NCBI GenBank assembly: GCA_041577295.1
Contig: JBFGJG010000032.1
Location: forward strand, 1-47,112
Length of the DNA: 47,112 nucleotides
Origin: Gemmatimonadales bacterium
GTDB taxonomy: Bacteria > Gemmatimonadota > Gemmatimonadetes > Gemmatimonadales > GWC2-71-9
Direction: 5' to 3'
Shown here: in pieces, positions 35,988 through 47,112 of the stretch
How the letters are laid out: every line of letters begins with the position of its first letter
Numbering within the stretch: the stretch's first letter is position 1
Notes under the pieces: generated by a model
Databases searched by the model: none
Told to the model about the DNA's origin: nothing
Seen by the model: the letters and a program-made list of their open reading frames with translations, nothing else
Position numbers and translations under genes: made by a program

Positions 35988-36683
35988 TCACTTCACGATT
36001 CCGCCTGGTACCAGCCCGGGGATGGCGATCCGGTAGTGCAGCCCGGCACCGATGCTCACGGGGTTGACCGTCACGCCATCGAAGTCGACGGACGCCCAAT
36101 CCAGCGCTGCGTGAAAGCCCAAGCCGGTTGGCAGGGTGATGTTGATCCCCGCCGAAGCACCAAAGCCGACCTCCGTACTGGATGAGCCGTTGGAAACGCG
36201 CACGATCTGAAGGCGCGGAGCCGCCCACGGCTCGATATCGAGGAGGGGAGCCGGCACGTTGATCGCTACGCCAACGGAGAGGGGAATAGTCGTCTGCTTG
36301 CCGAGGAGATCCGAGTCGAGGATCCCCACCCCACCCTGCACATTTACCGACACGGGTACGAGTGGGAGATCCAGGATGTTGAGCGCGACCGCGCCCCCAT
36401 AGGTGATTTCGTTGTCCAGCACATCCAGATCACCGCTGAAAAGCACGCCACCGGCACCGGCTTGAATCGTAAGCGGGCCGAGGCCTATGACAGCCCGGCC
36501 CCCGATGAAGTTCGTATCTTCGCTGTCGTCGAAACCGCGCGCATACTCGCCATTGAGACTGAGCCCCGTGCCGTGGCTCGGCGAAACGTACACGGGATTG
36601 TTGAACAGCTGCGCAGAAGACGGCGTCGCACCGATGAGGGCAACCAGTGCGACCAGGGTACCACGAACGAGAGCCGTCGTCAT
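35988..36683 (-). CDS. Outer-membrane beta-barrel protein
   Basis: AAGGAG RBS, signal peptide (SSA-Q), Gly/aromatic amphipathic strands. Confidence 0.75.
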   Translation of the reverse strand: MTTALVRGTLVALVALIGATPSSAQLFNNPVYVSPSHGTGLSLNGEYARGFDDSEDTNFIGGRAVIGLGPLTIQAGAGGVLFSGDLDVLDNEITYGGAVALNILDLPLVPVSVNVQGGVGILDSDLLGKQTTIPLSVGVAINVPAPLLDIEPWAAPRLQIVRVSNGSSSTEVGFGASAGINITLPTGLGFHAALDWASVDFDGVTVNPVSIGAGLHYRIAIPGLVPGGIVK

Positions 36684-36796
36684 GATCGACTCCTTGTTGA
36701 TGTGTTTGAAAAGCAGAGGCAGGAGAGACAAAGGAAGCAGTCCTGGCACCTCTCTCCGCCCGACCTGCCCGTATCACTCATCCTGCCAGCCCTGCC

Positions 36797-37429
36797 CTAC
36801 CTAATCCACACCGCGCTCAGGGCAATACCCTCCAGGTCACCCAACCCGATGCTTACCCGCACGTCGAACGAGCGGCTCAAACGGAAGTCTCCGCCAAGGC
36901 CGAGTGCGAAGTTCACGTCTTCCTGGAAGCCACCCGCGGGATCGTCGGTGAACGACAAGAAGACCGTTGGCTGTACGTAGGGCACGATGCTCACGTCGGA
37001 GTCTTCGACGTTGAGCCGACGGCCCAGAGACAGGCCACCAGGAATGATGAGAACTGAGTTGTTGGAGACCAATTGGGCACCCACACCCAGCACGAGGGCT
37101 CCGTCTAGCGGAAAGTCCGGGTTGTGGGTGATGATCCGATTGCGAAAGGTCGTTCCCAACAGCACCCGCGTATCGCCGGGCCCGTCAGGATCAAAGATCC
37201 CACCGCGCAACCCAATATCCCACGTGCCCGTGCCAAACCGGTATTGCCCCTCGAGCCCAAGCCCATCCGGTCCCGGACCGGAGGTAAAGCTGAGCGTACC
37301 ACCAAACTCGTGATTCAAGAACGCGCGGTACGGCGCGTTGAAGCTCGGCATGCCGGTGGTCTGCGCAACCGCCGCGCCGGCGGAGCCCACCGTCCCCAAT
37401 ACGACTACCACCAGTGCTCTACGAAGCAT
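36797..37429 (-). CDS. Outer-membrane beta-barrel protein
   Basis: Signal peptide (AVA-Q), amphipathic strands; start overlaps atpC end. Confidence 0.75.
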   Translation of the reverse strand: MLRRALVVVVLGTVGSAGAAVAQTTGMPSFNAPYRAFLNHEFGGTLSFTSGPGPDGLGLEGQYRFGTGTWDIGLRGGIFDPDGPGDTRVLLGTTFRNRIITHNPDFPLDGALVLGVGAQLVSNNSVLIIPGGLSLGRRLNVEDSDVSIVPYVQPTVFLSFTDDPAGGFQEDVNFALGLGGDFRLSRSFDVRVSIGLGDLEGIALSAVWIR

Positions 37430-37687
37430 CCTCGTCTCCGTTTGGTTGCTCTGCGTACTCTGTCACGACCCGAACCGCGTCGTGCACTACCTGGAGGAAC
37501 CCGCCGCGAACGCGGATGACCTGGACTTTTCCACCCGCGTTGATCCGGAGAGTTCCCTGTCCCAACAGGGTCATGAATGGAGCGTGACGGGGAAGGATGC
37601 CTACGTCACCGTCGTACGCTGGCGCGATGACGCTGTCCGCTGGACCTTCAAATACGGAGCCCGCGGGGGAAATCACCGTGACTTGCA

Positions 37688-37688
<1 letters not shown>
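37419..37688 (-). CDS. atpC: ATP synthase F1 epsilon subunit (short form)
   Basis: GDVGILPRHAP, GGFLQV; follows atpD. Confidence 0.93.
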
Positions 37689-40050
<2,362 letters not shown>

Positions 40051-40056
40051 ACGGGC

Positions 40057-41592
40057 TTACTTCAGCGCCTTGAAACCTTCGATCGCCGAACGCAACTCCG
40101 CCGTGCGCTCGTCATCGAGCGTCCGTTTCGTTCGAATGGCCTTTAGGAGTTTCTCGTGCTTCGCCTCGAGGAACTGGTGGAAGTCCTTCTCCCACTCTTT
40201 CACCTTGCTCGGCTCGACGTCATCGAGATACCCGTTGGTCACGGCGTAGATGATAGCGATCTGATTGGTGACCGGCACCGGTGAGTACTGAGGCTGTTTG
40301 AGCACCTCGACAATCCGTGCTCCGCGGGCCAACTGTCGCTGCGTGGCCTGATCGAGATCGGACCCGAACTGAGCAAACGCCTCCAGTTCACGGTACTGCG
40401 CGTACTCGAGACGAAGACGCCCCGCCACCTGCTTCATCGCTTTGATCTGCGCGTTACCACCCACGCGGGACACCGAAATGCCCGGGTTGATGGCCGGCCG
40501 CACGTTCGCGTAAAACAGGTCGGCCTCGAGATAGATCTGGCCGTCGGTGATCGAGATGACGTTGGTGGGGATGTACGCCGAGACGTCGCCGGCCTGCGTC
40601 TCGATGACCGGAAGCGCCGTGAGTGACCCGCCCCCTTTGGCGTCGGAGAGCTTGGCGGCCCGCTCGAGCAAGCGCGAGTGCAGGTAAAAAACGTCTCCCG
40701 GATAGGCCTCACGTCCAGGCGGACGGCGCAGCACCAGCGAAAGCTGACGGTACGCCTGGGCGTGCTTGGAGAGATCATCGTACACGCACAGCGTGTGACC
40801 GCCCTTCTCGTACATGAAATACTCGGCCATCGTGCATCCGGAGTACGGCGCGATGAACTGCAACGGAGCCGGATCGGCAGCCCCGGCCACGACGACGATG
40901 CTGTAGTCCATGGCGCCGCGTTCCTTGAGCCGCTCGACCACCGAAGCGACAGTCGAGTTCTTCTGACCGATGGCGACATACACGCAGATTACGTCGCCAC
41001 CCTTCTGATTGAGGATCGTGTCGATGGCGATGGCCGTCTTTCCGAGCCCACGGTCGCCGATGATGAGCTCTCGCTGGCCGCGACCGATCGGAATCATCGA
41101 GTCCACGGCCTTGAGCCCGGTCTGGAGCGGCTCTTTCACCGGTTGCCGCCATACGATGCCCGGCGCCTGCTCCTCGATCTTCCGATGGCCGGAGGCCTTG
41201 ATCGGCCCCAGCCCATCGAGTGGCCGCCCGAGTGGGTCGACGACGCGACCGACCAGCCCTTCGCCAACCGGGACCTCGAGCACCCGTGCGGTGCGACGGA
41301 CCTCATCTCCCTCACGCAACTGGAGATAGTCCCCGAGAATCACCGCGCCAAGGTTGTCCTCCTCAAGATTGAGCGCGAGCCCCGTGATGGTCTCACCGGA
41401 TTCCGAGGCGGTGAACTCGAGCATTTCACCGGCCATCGCCGAGGAGAGTCCGTAGACGCGCGCGGTCCCGTCCTTCACCTCGAGGACCGTACCGACCTCG
41501 CGCGTGTCGAGCGCTTCGAGCTCTGCGGACTGGATCTCTTTGAGGAGAACCTCTTTCAGCTCTCCAGGACGAAGGATCGATTCTGTTGCCAT
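40057..41592 (-). CDS. atpA: ATP synthase F1 alpha subunit
   Basis: [37 protein letters not shown]. Confidence 0.99.
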   Translation of the reverse strand: MATESILRPGELKEVLLKEIQSAELEALDTREVGTVLEVKDGTARVYGLSSAMAGEMLEFTASESGETITGLALNLEEDNLGAVILGDYLQLREGDEVRRTARVLEVPVGEGLVGRVVDPLGRPLDGLGPIKASGHRKIEEQAPGIVWRQPVKEPLQTGLKAVDSMIPIGRGQRELIIGDRGLGKTAIAIDTILNQKGGDVICVYVAIGQKNSTVASVVERLKERGAMDYSIVVVAGAADPAPLQFIAPYSGCTMAEYFMYEKGGHTLCVYDDLSKHAQAYRQLSLVLRRPPGREAYPGDVFYLHSRLLERAAKLSDAKGGGSLTALPVIETQAGDVSAYIPTNVISITDGQIYLEADLFYANVRPAINPGISVSRVGGNAQIKAMKQVAGRLRLEYAQYRELEAFAQFGSDLDQATQRQLARGARIVEVLKQPQYSPVPVTNQIAIIYAVTNGYLDDVEPSKVKEWEKDFHQFLEAKHEKLLKAIRTKRTLDDERTAELRSAIEGFKALK

Positions 41593-41720
41593 AGGATACA
41601 GGTCGGGTTGACGTGTGGTTGAGGCTTGTGAAAAATATCACAAGCGGCAGGGGCCGCAAGCGCCCTCCCGCCGGATTACGATGGATCGCCCGAGACGTGC
41701 GGCCGCCAGCGCACCGCGCC

Positions 41721-42491
41721 CTACAATCTACTTCGTGTCCTCCCGCGGACGAATCGCAGGAGCACCCCCCTTGGCCCCAAGCGGGCGAGATCGCGTGCGG
41801 CGAGACCAGTCACGCGCCGGGCGCTTCCCGTGAGATGGCTTGGCGAGGAATAGCCGAGAATCCGCGCGACCGTGCGAATCGTGTATCCCGGATTGGCAAG
41901 GAGATCGGCGGCCCAGGCGGCGCGCGCGAGGTCGATCACGCGCTTGAGGTTGGGAGCACCACCCGCGGCAAACTCGCGCGAGAGATGCTCACGGGTTCGC
42001 CCGAGCGCTCCCGCGATCTCGATGGTGGTGGTCGGTTGGCCCGCGTGATCGAGCACCGCTCGCCACGCCTGTACCTGTAGCGGCTCTGTCAGCCGGAGCA
42101 TCTTGGGACCGTCCGCGAGGGCCGCAGCCCGAGCGGGGGTTGCGAGGCGGGGTGCGATCAGCGCGCTGGCGGCAGAATCGTCGACGCCTTCCACGAGAAT
42201 CCCTCTGAGTGGCGCATCGTGACACGCCGCCAACAGACGCCCGTCGTCAGGTCGAAACGCGCTGAGCGCGAAAACCGGAATCCGCGGAAACTGCTCGACC
42301 AGCGCAAACGCCCGCTCTGCCTGCCCGTCGCGCACGTCGACCACCACCCCATCGACCAGGTCACGCTGCAGGATGGAATGCAACCGCTCGAACGCCCGGC
42401 ACGCCAACACGCGCACACCGGTCTTTCGGAGTGCCCGCCGGAGCAGCCCTCGGATGGCGGTGTTGCGGTGCATGACGGGCAGAACCGTCAT
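41721..42491 (-). CDS. AraC-type HTH regulator with degenerate receiver-like N-terminus
   Basis: IAGALGRTREHLSREF; VARILGYSSPSHL; N-terminal DGVVVDV...PRIPVFALS. Confidence 0.8.
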   Translation of the reverse strand: MTVLPVMHRNTAIRGLLRRALRKTGVRVLACRAFERLHSILQRDLVDGVVVDVRDGQAERAFALVEQFPRIPVFALSAFRPDDGRLLAACHDAPLRGILVEGVDDSAASALIAPRLATPARAAALADGPKMLRLTEPLQVQAWRAVLDHAGQPTTTIEIAGALGRTREHLSREFAAGGAPNLKRVIDLARAAWAADLLANPGYTIRTVARILGYSSPSHLTGSARRVTGLAARDLARLGPRGVLLRFVRGRTRSRL

Positions 42492-42952
42492 GGGTGCTCG
42501 ACGTGGCCGCCGCGCCCCGCGCACAGTTTGGCGCTGATGCTAGCGGCGCAATCCAGAATGTCGCGTGCGTTGTCGTAGGTGATCACGGCCCGCGCCCGCT
42601 CCAGCGGGTGCCACGCGCAGGCCCTGATTCCCTCGGCCGGCTGAGGAACCGCCTCACCCGACGGCGACTCGAACAGATAGAAGTGGCAGAACTTGTGAAT
42701 GAGGCGACCTCGTGCCCGAAAGTGCCAATCGATGGTGCCGAGGGGCGCATGGAGCACCACGTCATCCAGCGCCGTCTCCTCGAGAATCTCTCGCCGCGCC
42801 GCTTGCGACCCGGACTCATCCCCGTCCACGTGGCCCTTGGGGAATCCCCAGTTGTTGTACGAATCCAGTACCACGAGATACACTGGCCCGTCGCCCTGGC
42901 AGCGAAAGACCACCCCACCAGCACTCGTTTCCTCTTCTCCTGACCCCGTCAC
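42488..42952 (-). CDS. NUDIX hydrolase (Ap4A hydrolase-like)
   Basis: SAGGVVF, WGFPKGHVDGDES..AARREILEET. Confidence 0.92.
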   Translation of the reverse strand: MTGSGEEETSAGGVVFRCQGDGPVYLVVLDSYNNWGFPKGHVDGDESGSQAARREILEETALDDVVLHAPLGTIDWHFRARGRLIHKFCHFYLFESPSGEAVPQPAEGIRACAWHPLERARAVITYDNARDILDCAASISAKLCAGRGGHVEHP

Positions 42953-43960
42953 TCAGAACACAGAAAACTTGAAATACTTTCGCGGGTTCGCCTTGATATC
43001 GGACAACAGCCCACGCAACTCGACCACAGCCAAGGTCGCCTCCCGGTAGAGGGCCGAGTCGCCAAGGAGTAGCCCGGCGGTGCCTCCGCGTTCTGCGAGC
43101 CTGGTCATGAGCGTATCGGCACCCTGGAGCACGCGGACGAGCGTCGTTTGGTTTTCGCCCACGGCGGCGAGCACTTGATTGAGCTGATCGGCCGCGCCGC
43201 GAATCTCCTGTGAGGCAGCTGCAACGTTGTCCAAGATGGTCGCGAGCTCGCCTTCTTGCGTGGCCGTATCCACCCGTGCGAACGACGTCGACATGAGCTC
43301 GGCTGCCGAGGCGAACTCCGAAGATCCCCGCTGAAGGTTAGAGCCGACATCCTCCATGATGCCGGTTTGCGCCTGCATGAAGGCACTGATGCGATCGGCG
43401 ATCCGTCCAAACTCGCGGATGGACTGTTGCAGCTCGCTGACTGCCGTGGAGTCGAACGCAGTCTGGATGCGCGACGACACCGTTGCGATGTCGGTGGCAA
43501 TCCGTCCGGCCTGCGCGGTGAGCTGGCCGATGTCCGGCAGCGTGGCGCCCGGCCACACACCTTCCTCGATCTCGACGGATTCGAGCTCACGCAGCACGTT
43601 GGGATCGCCCGGTGGATCATCGAGGCTGATGATGCCTGCCTGCCATTCACCGAAGAACGAGGCGGACGCGGCAACGATACCGGGGCGCTCCGGCAGGCCG
43701 ACTCCTTGATACACCTGGAGATCGGCTTCGACCATTCCACCGTCTGCCAGCCGGATACGCTCGACCCGTCCCACGCGCACGCCCCTGAGGACGACGGGAT
43801 TGCCGACACCAAGCCCACCCACCGACCGGAACCGAGCGATATAATAGTCGCCCCGCGCCCCAAAGAAGTCGGCTTCGGCCAGCCACACCGCACCCCCGAG
43901 GATCACGGCTACGGCGACCAGTATGGTCACGCCGACGAGCACTTCATCGCGCCGTTTCAC
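42953..43960 (-). CDS. mlaD: MlaD/MCE family protein
   Basis: N-terminal TM; GL.VGNPV.LRGVRVGRV; helical tail; DIKANPRKY. Confidence 0.9.
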   Translation of the reverse strand: MKRRDEVLVGVTILVAVAVILGGAVWLAEADFFGARGDYYIARFRSVGGLGVGNPVVLRGVRVGRVERIRLADGGMVEADLQVYQGVGLPERPGIVAASASFFGEWQAGIISLDDPPGDPNVLRELESVEIEEGVWPGATLPDIGQLTAQAGRIATDIATVSSRIQTAFDSTAVSELQQSIREFGRIADRISAFMQAQTGIMEDVGSNLQRGSSEFASAAELMSTSFARVDTATQEGELATILDNVAAASQEIRGAADQLNQVLAAVGENQTTLVRVLQGADTLMTRLAERGGTAGLLLGDSALYREATLAVVELRGLLSDIKANPRKYFKFSVF

Positions 43961-44724
43961 CGCGGAGCCCCGGAAGCCATCTGCTGCGCGTCGAGGCCGC
44001 TGTCGGGACGACCCTCGATGAACTGACGCACGATGGGATCGTGAGTGCGTCGGATCTGCTCGACCGTCGCCACCTGGCGGATCGCCCCGCGATGGAGCAT
44101 CGCGATGCGATCACCCACGGTGTACGCGCTCTTCATATCGTGCGTGACAACCAGTCCAGTCACACCCAGCTTCTCCCGCGTGCGTACCATGAGGTCGTTG
44201 ATCACCGCCGAGGTTACGGGATCCAACCCGGTGGTGGGCTCATCGTACAAGATGTAACTCGGCTTGAGCGCGATTGCGCGAGCGATCCCGACCCGCTTGC
44301 GCATCCCGCCCGATAGCTCAGCTGGGTACCGCTCCTCGGTGCCATCGAGGTCGACCAGCGCCAAGGACTCCTCCACCCGCATGTCGATCTCGCGGCGTGG
44401 CAGTCCCTGACGCTTGAGCCCCAACGCAATGTTTTCACGAACTGTCATGGAATCAAACAACGCGGCGAACTGAAACACGAACCCGATCTTGGAACGCAGC
44501 GCCATCAGTGCCTTGCGATCTAGCGCGTGCACGATCTCACCGTCAACCTCCACCTGGCCCTGGTCCGGCTCCAACAGACCAACGATGTGCTTCAACACGA
44601 CACTCTTCCCTGTACCCGACCCCCCAATGAGCACCATCGTCTCCCCCTCCCGGATCTCGAGCGAAAACCCCTCGAGCACCCTCTTGGGGCCGAAGCTCTT
44701 GTAGACGTCTCGGAAGGAGATCAT
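43957..44724 (-). CDS. mlaF: ABC transporter ATPase, MlaF/Mkl family
   Basis: GGSGTGKS, FQFAALFDSMTV, LSGGMRKRVG, YDEPTTGLDP. Confidence 0.93.
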   Translation of the reverse strand: MISFRDVYKSFGPKRVLEGFSLEIREGETMVLIGGSGTGKSVVLKHIVGLLEPDQGQVEVDGEIVHALDRKALMALRSKIGFVFQFAALFDSMTVRENIALGLKRQGLPRREIDMRVEESLALVDLDGTEERYPAELSGGMRKRVGIARAIALKPSYILYDEPTTGLDPVTSAVINDLMVRTREKLGVTGLVVTHDMKSAYTVGDRIAMLHRGAIRQVATVEQIRRTHDPIVRQFIEGRPDSGLDAQQMASGAPR

Positions 44725-44803
44725 GAGTGGGCGCGGAGTGGGAGGAATCCTCTGCCTCTGCTGCCTCGACTGCCTCCAACATGGAGAGGCAGGGGATATT
44801 GAT

Positions 44804-45565
44804 TCATAGCAACACCACCGCCCAGAACGCGTCCAACACCAGAATCATGGCAGCCCCAATGACGACGGCGTCGGTCGTGTTTCGGCCAACGCCCTCCGCA
44901 CCGCCCTTCGTGGCCAATCCCTTGGCGCAGCCGATCAATCCGACCGCCATGCCAAACGAGAGTGCCTTCACGAGCCCGTACCACAAATCTTTGAACTTGT
45001 AGAAGATGCGAAGACCCTTCACAAAATCGTTGGTTGAGAGATCGATTTGCGTGACGGCCGTCACCCACGCGGCGAATATGGCCATGCCCATCGCGATGGC
45101 GACCACTACTGGGAACATGATGCTGGCGGCGAGAACACGGGGAACCACGAGATAGGAGTACGGGTTGTACGCGAGCGTCTCGAGCGCATCGACCTGCTCG
45201 GTCACGCGCATCGTGCCCAGCTCTGCAGCGATGTTGGCGCCCACGCGTCCCGCCAGCGCCAAGCCGGTGAGCACGGGCGCGAGCTCCATGAGAACAGTCT
45301 TTTCTACCAGCGTGCCGACGAAGTAGACAGGCGTTGCACCCGCGAGGCTGTAGGCGGCCTGCATGGACAGCACGATGCCGGTGAACGCAGCAATGATGAG
45401 TGCAAGGGGAAGCGACTGCACACCGATGCGTCGCATCTGCACCGCGGCGAGCCCGGCCCACGACCCCACCTCACGGAGTCCGCGGCCGACATCCGCAAGG
45501 AATTGACCGATGCGACCAACCGTCGCCAGTGCTGAGGCGACACGCACGCTCACATTCTCGTACAC
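44804..45565 (-). CDS. mlaE: MlaE family ABC permease
   Basis: ELAPVLTGL..AGRVG..IAAELGTMRVTEQVDALE; GGAEGVG..TT.AVV. Confidence 0.95.
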   Translation of the reverse strand: MYENVSVRVASALATVGRIGQFLADVGRGLREVGSWAGLAAVQMRRIGVQSLPLALIIAAFTGIVLSMQAAYSLAGATPVYFVGTLVEKTVLMELAPVLTGLALAGRVGANIAAELGTMRVTEQVDALETLAYNPYSYLVVPRVLAASIMFPVVVAIAMGMAIFAAWVTAVTQIDLSTNDFVKGLRIFYKFKDLWYGLVKALSFGMAVGLIGCAKGLATKGGAEGVGRNTTDAVVIGAAMILVLDAFWAVVLL

Positions 45566-45589
45566 GCCGGCGAATGTATGATGGCGGAA

Positions 45590-45621
45590 TAAAAGAGGCC
45601 AGGGAATCTTCCCTGGCCTCT
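45590..45621 (-). terminator. Intrinsic terminator after sigma factor gene
   Basis: Inverted repeat AGAGGCCAGGGAA/TTCCCTGGCCTCT followed by a T-run on the - strand. Confidence 0.8.
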
Positions 45622-45651
45622 GTTGTCACTTCACGAGTTTTGTATGGACGC

Positions 45652-46545
45652 TCAGGCAGCGAAGCTGGCCAACGCCTTTCCAACCTCACCCTCGCGCAAT
45701 CGCTTGAGGGCTCGGTCCCGGAGCTGACGGACCCGCTCACGGGTCACACCCAACATGCCGCCGATCTCTTCCAGCGTGTGCTCGCGACCCCCATCGAGGC
45801 CAAAGTACAACCGAAGGACTCTGGCATCGCGTGCAGGGAGCGTTCGTAGAGCTTCCTCGACTTCGTCGCTGAGGAAGCGCTCCATCGTCTGCTCCTCGGT
45901 ATCGGGGAGATCCTCGGCGATGAACCGCTCGATGAGCGCCCGATCCCCTTCGGGGTCAAGGGGGGCGTCCAGTCGGACCTCACCGGTGTTGAGCGAGGCG
46001 AGCGACTGCACGACCTCCAGGGAAAGCCCCGTGGCCCGGGAAATCTCCTCAGGCGTGGGCTCGCGCCGGAGCTCTTGCCGCAGGGCTTCCGCCGTCTTCA
46101 CGATCTTGGACAGATCTGCCGTCCGGTTGAGCGGGACGCGAACCGTCCGCCCCTGCCGCGCGAGCGAAGCCAGGATGGCCTGGCGGATCCACCAGACGGC
46201 GTACGAGATGAACTTGACGCCCTGGTCAGGATCGAACTTCCGCGCTGCAGTGAGCAAGCCCACGTTCCCCTCACCGATGAGATCGGTGAGCGGCAGCCCA
46301 CGATTTTGATACTTCTTCGCCACCGAAATCACGAAGCGAAGGTTCCGCTTCGCGAGCTCCTGCATCGCCTCCTGATCGCCCGCCCGCACCTTGCGAGCGA
46401 GAGTAATCTCCTCCTGAGGGGTGAGCAGGGGGGTCTTGCTCACCTCAAAGAGGTACTGGTCAAGGAGGTCTCGATCGTCCTCGTTGACCGCGATGGGCGG
46501 AGCCGGTCGGCGACGGCGCTTCCTGCGCCGGTCTGGTTCGTTCAT
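45652..46545 (-). CDS. RpoD/SigA-family sigma-70 factor lacking region 1.1
   Basis: NLRFVISVAKKY, DLIGEGNVGL, FISYAVWWIRQ, TLEEIG...VTRERVRQ. Confidence 0.95.
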   Translation of the reverse strand: MNEPDRRRKRRRRPAPPIAVNEDDRDLLDQYLFEVSKTPLLTPQEEITLARKVRAGDQEAMQELAKRNLRFVISVAKKYQNRGLPLTDLIGEGNVGLLTAARKFDPDQGVKFISYAVWWIRQAILASLARQGRTVRVPLNRTADLSKIVKTAEALRQELRREPTPEEISRATGLSLEVVQSLASLNTGEVRLDAPLDPEGDRALIERFIAEDLPDTEEQTMERFLSDEVEEALRTLPARDARVLRLYFGLDGGREHTLEEIGGMLGVTRERVRQLRDRALKRLREGEVGKALASFAA

Positions 46546-46673
46546 TGCCTTCCTGTGTGAGTTTGTACGCCGGGACGCAGTGCGGCCACGGCGGGAGATG
46601 GCTTTCATACTCGTTCCCTATAACCCTGGTACCCCCAATGGCGTGGCGAGGTTCGCCACCCGTCACCCTCTGC

Positions 46674-46702
46674 TTGACACCACTTAAAGCCCCGGGTAGG
46701 TT
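46674..46702 (+). promoter_or_regulatory. Sigma-70 promoter of tRNA cluster
   Basis: TTGACA-N17-TAGGTT. Confidence 0.8.
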
Positions 46703-46747
46703 GCCGTGTTCCAGAGGCGCGGCTTCCTCGGGGTCGCCTAATATAAT

Positions 46748-46820
46748 GGGGGCGTAGCTCAGTTGGGAGAGCGCGTGAATGGCATTCACGAGGTCAGGGG
46801 TTCGATTCCCCTCGCCTCCA
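46748..46820 (+). tRNA. tRNA-Ala(GGC)
   Basis: Cloverleaf; G3:U70; anticodon arm CGTGA-ATGGCAT-TCACG; CCA not encoded. Confidence 0.97.
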
Positions 46821-46894
46821 CTGGGGAAGCCGGGGTTGGGCGGGGTTCTGGAACCGCGGCGACTGGCCTCAGGAAGGGTCGCCGAGCCTACCGT

Positions 46895-46967
46895 GCGGGA
46901 ATAGCTCAGCTGGTAGAGCACAACCTTGCCAAGGTTGGGGTCGCGGGTTCGAGTCCCGTTTCCCGCT
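46895..46967 (+). tRNA. tRNA-Gly(GCC)
   Basis: GCGGGAA/TTCCCGC acceptor; anticodon arm AACC-TTGCCAA-GGTT; CCA not encoded. Confidence 0.97.
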
Positions 46968-47054
46968 CTGGGAAGCAGCGCTAAGACGTTATAGAATGGT
47001 AGGTTAGAAAGATGAAGGCGGACGGGCGGTCGCAGCCTTCAAACCGTATACCGG

Positions 47055-47112
47055 CGCGGGGTGGAGCAGTCTGGTAGCTCGCCGGGCTCATAACCCGGAG
47101 GTCGTGGGTTCA
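47055..47112 (+). tRNA. Initiator tRNA-fMet(CAT), truncated by window end
   Basis: CGCGGGGTGGAGCAG start; anticodon stem CCGGG/CCCGG with three consecutive G-C pairs; CAT anticodon. Confidence 0.93.

Noticed and set aside
44721..44807. 28-codon ORF bridging mlaE and mlaF (MNQYPLPLHVGGSRGSRGRG...)
   Set aside because: Made of GAGGCAG-type repeats; more likely a repeat insertion, though it might maintain translational coupling

Overview
GC-rich bacterial chromosome segment; gene style and content suggest Gemmatimonadota (inference, not tested). About 1-35,960 is an accessory region of roughly 50 short, mostly + strand genes (GNATs including an AAC(6')-like one, DinB, VOC, cupins, SRPBCC, methyltransferases, hydrolases, an ECF sigma, SCO/CtaG, a di-heme/Rieske/porin operon, a GMC oxidoreductase pair) mixed with several gene remnants. 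About 35,990-47,112 is housekeeping on the - strand (sigma-70 factor, mlaEFD, NUDIX, AraC-like, F1-only atpAGDC, two beta-barrel proteins), followed by tRNA-Ala, tRNA-Gly and a truncated tRNA-fMet on +. Best leads: (1) two ORFs at 11,719-12,474 that are probably one selenocysteine-containing methyltransferase (in-frame TGA in WSL-U-C with a SECIS-like hairpin right after it); (2) a promoter-bounded ~120-nt structured leader RNA in front of an ankyrin protein with an unusual N-terminal helical domain; (3) a tandem duplication of a whole sigma54-type transcription unit encoding lipoproteins that end in HFSNYA(V/I)AW; (4) a palindrome-controlled di-heme/Rieske/porin operon. All family calls come from motif recognition; no database search was run. 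Several start codons were moved from the ORF track to better-supported positions.
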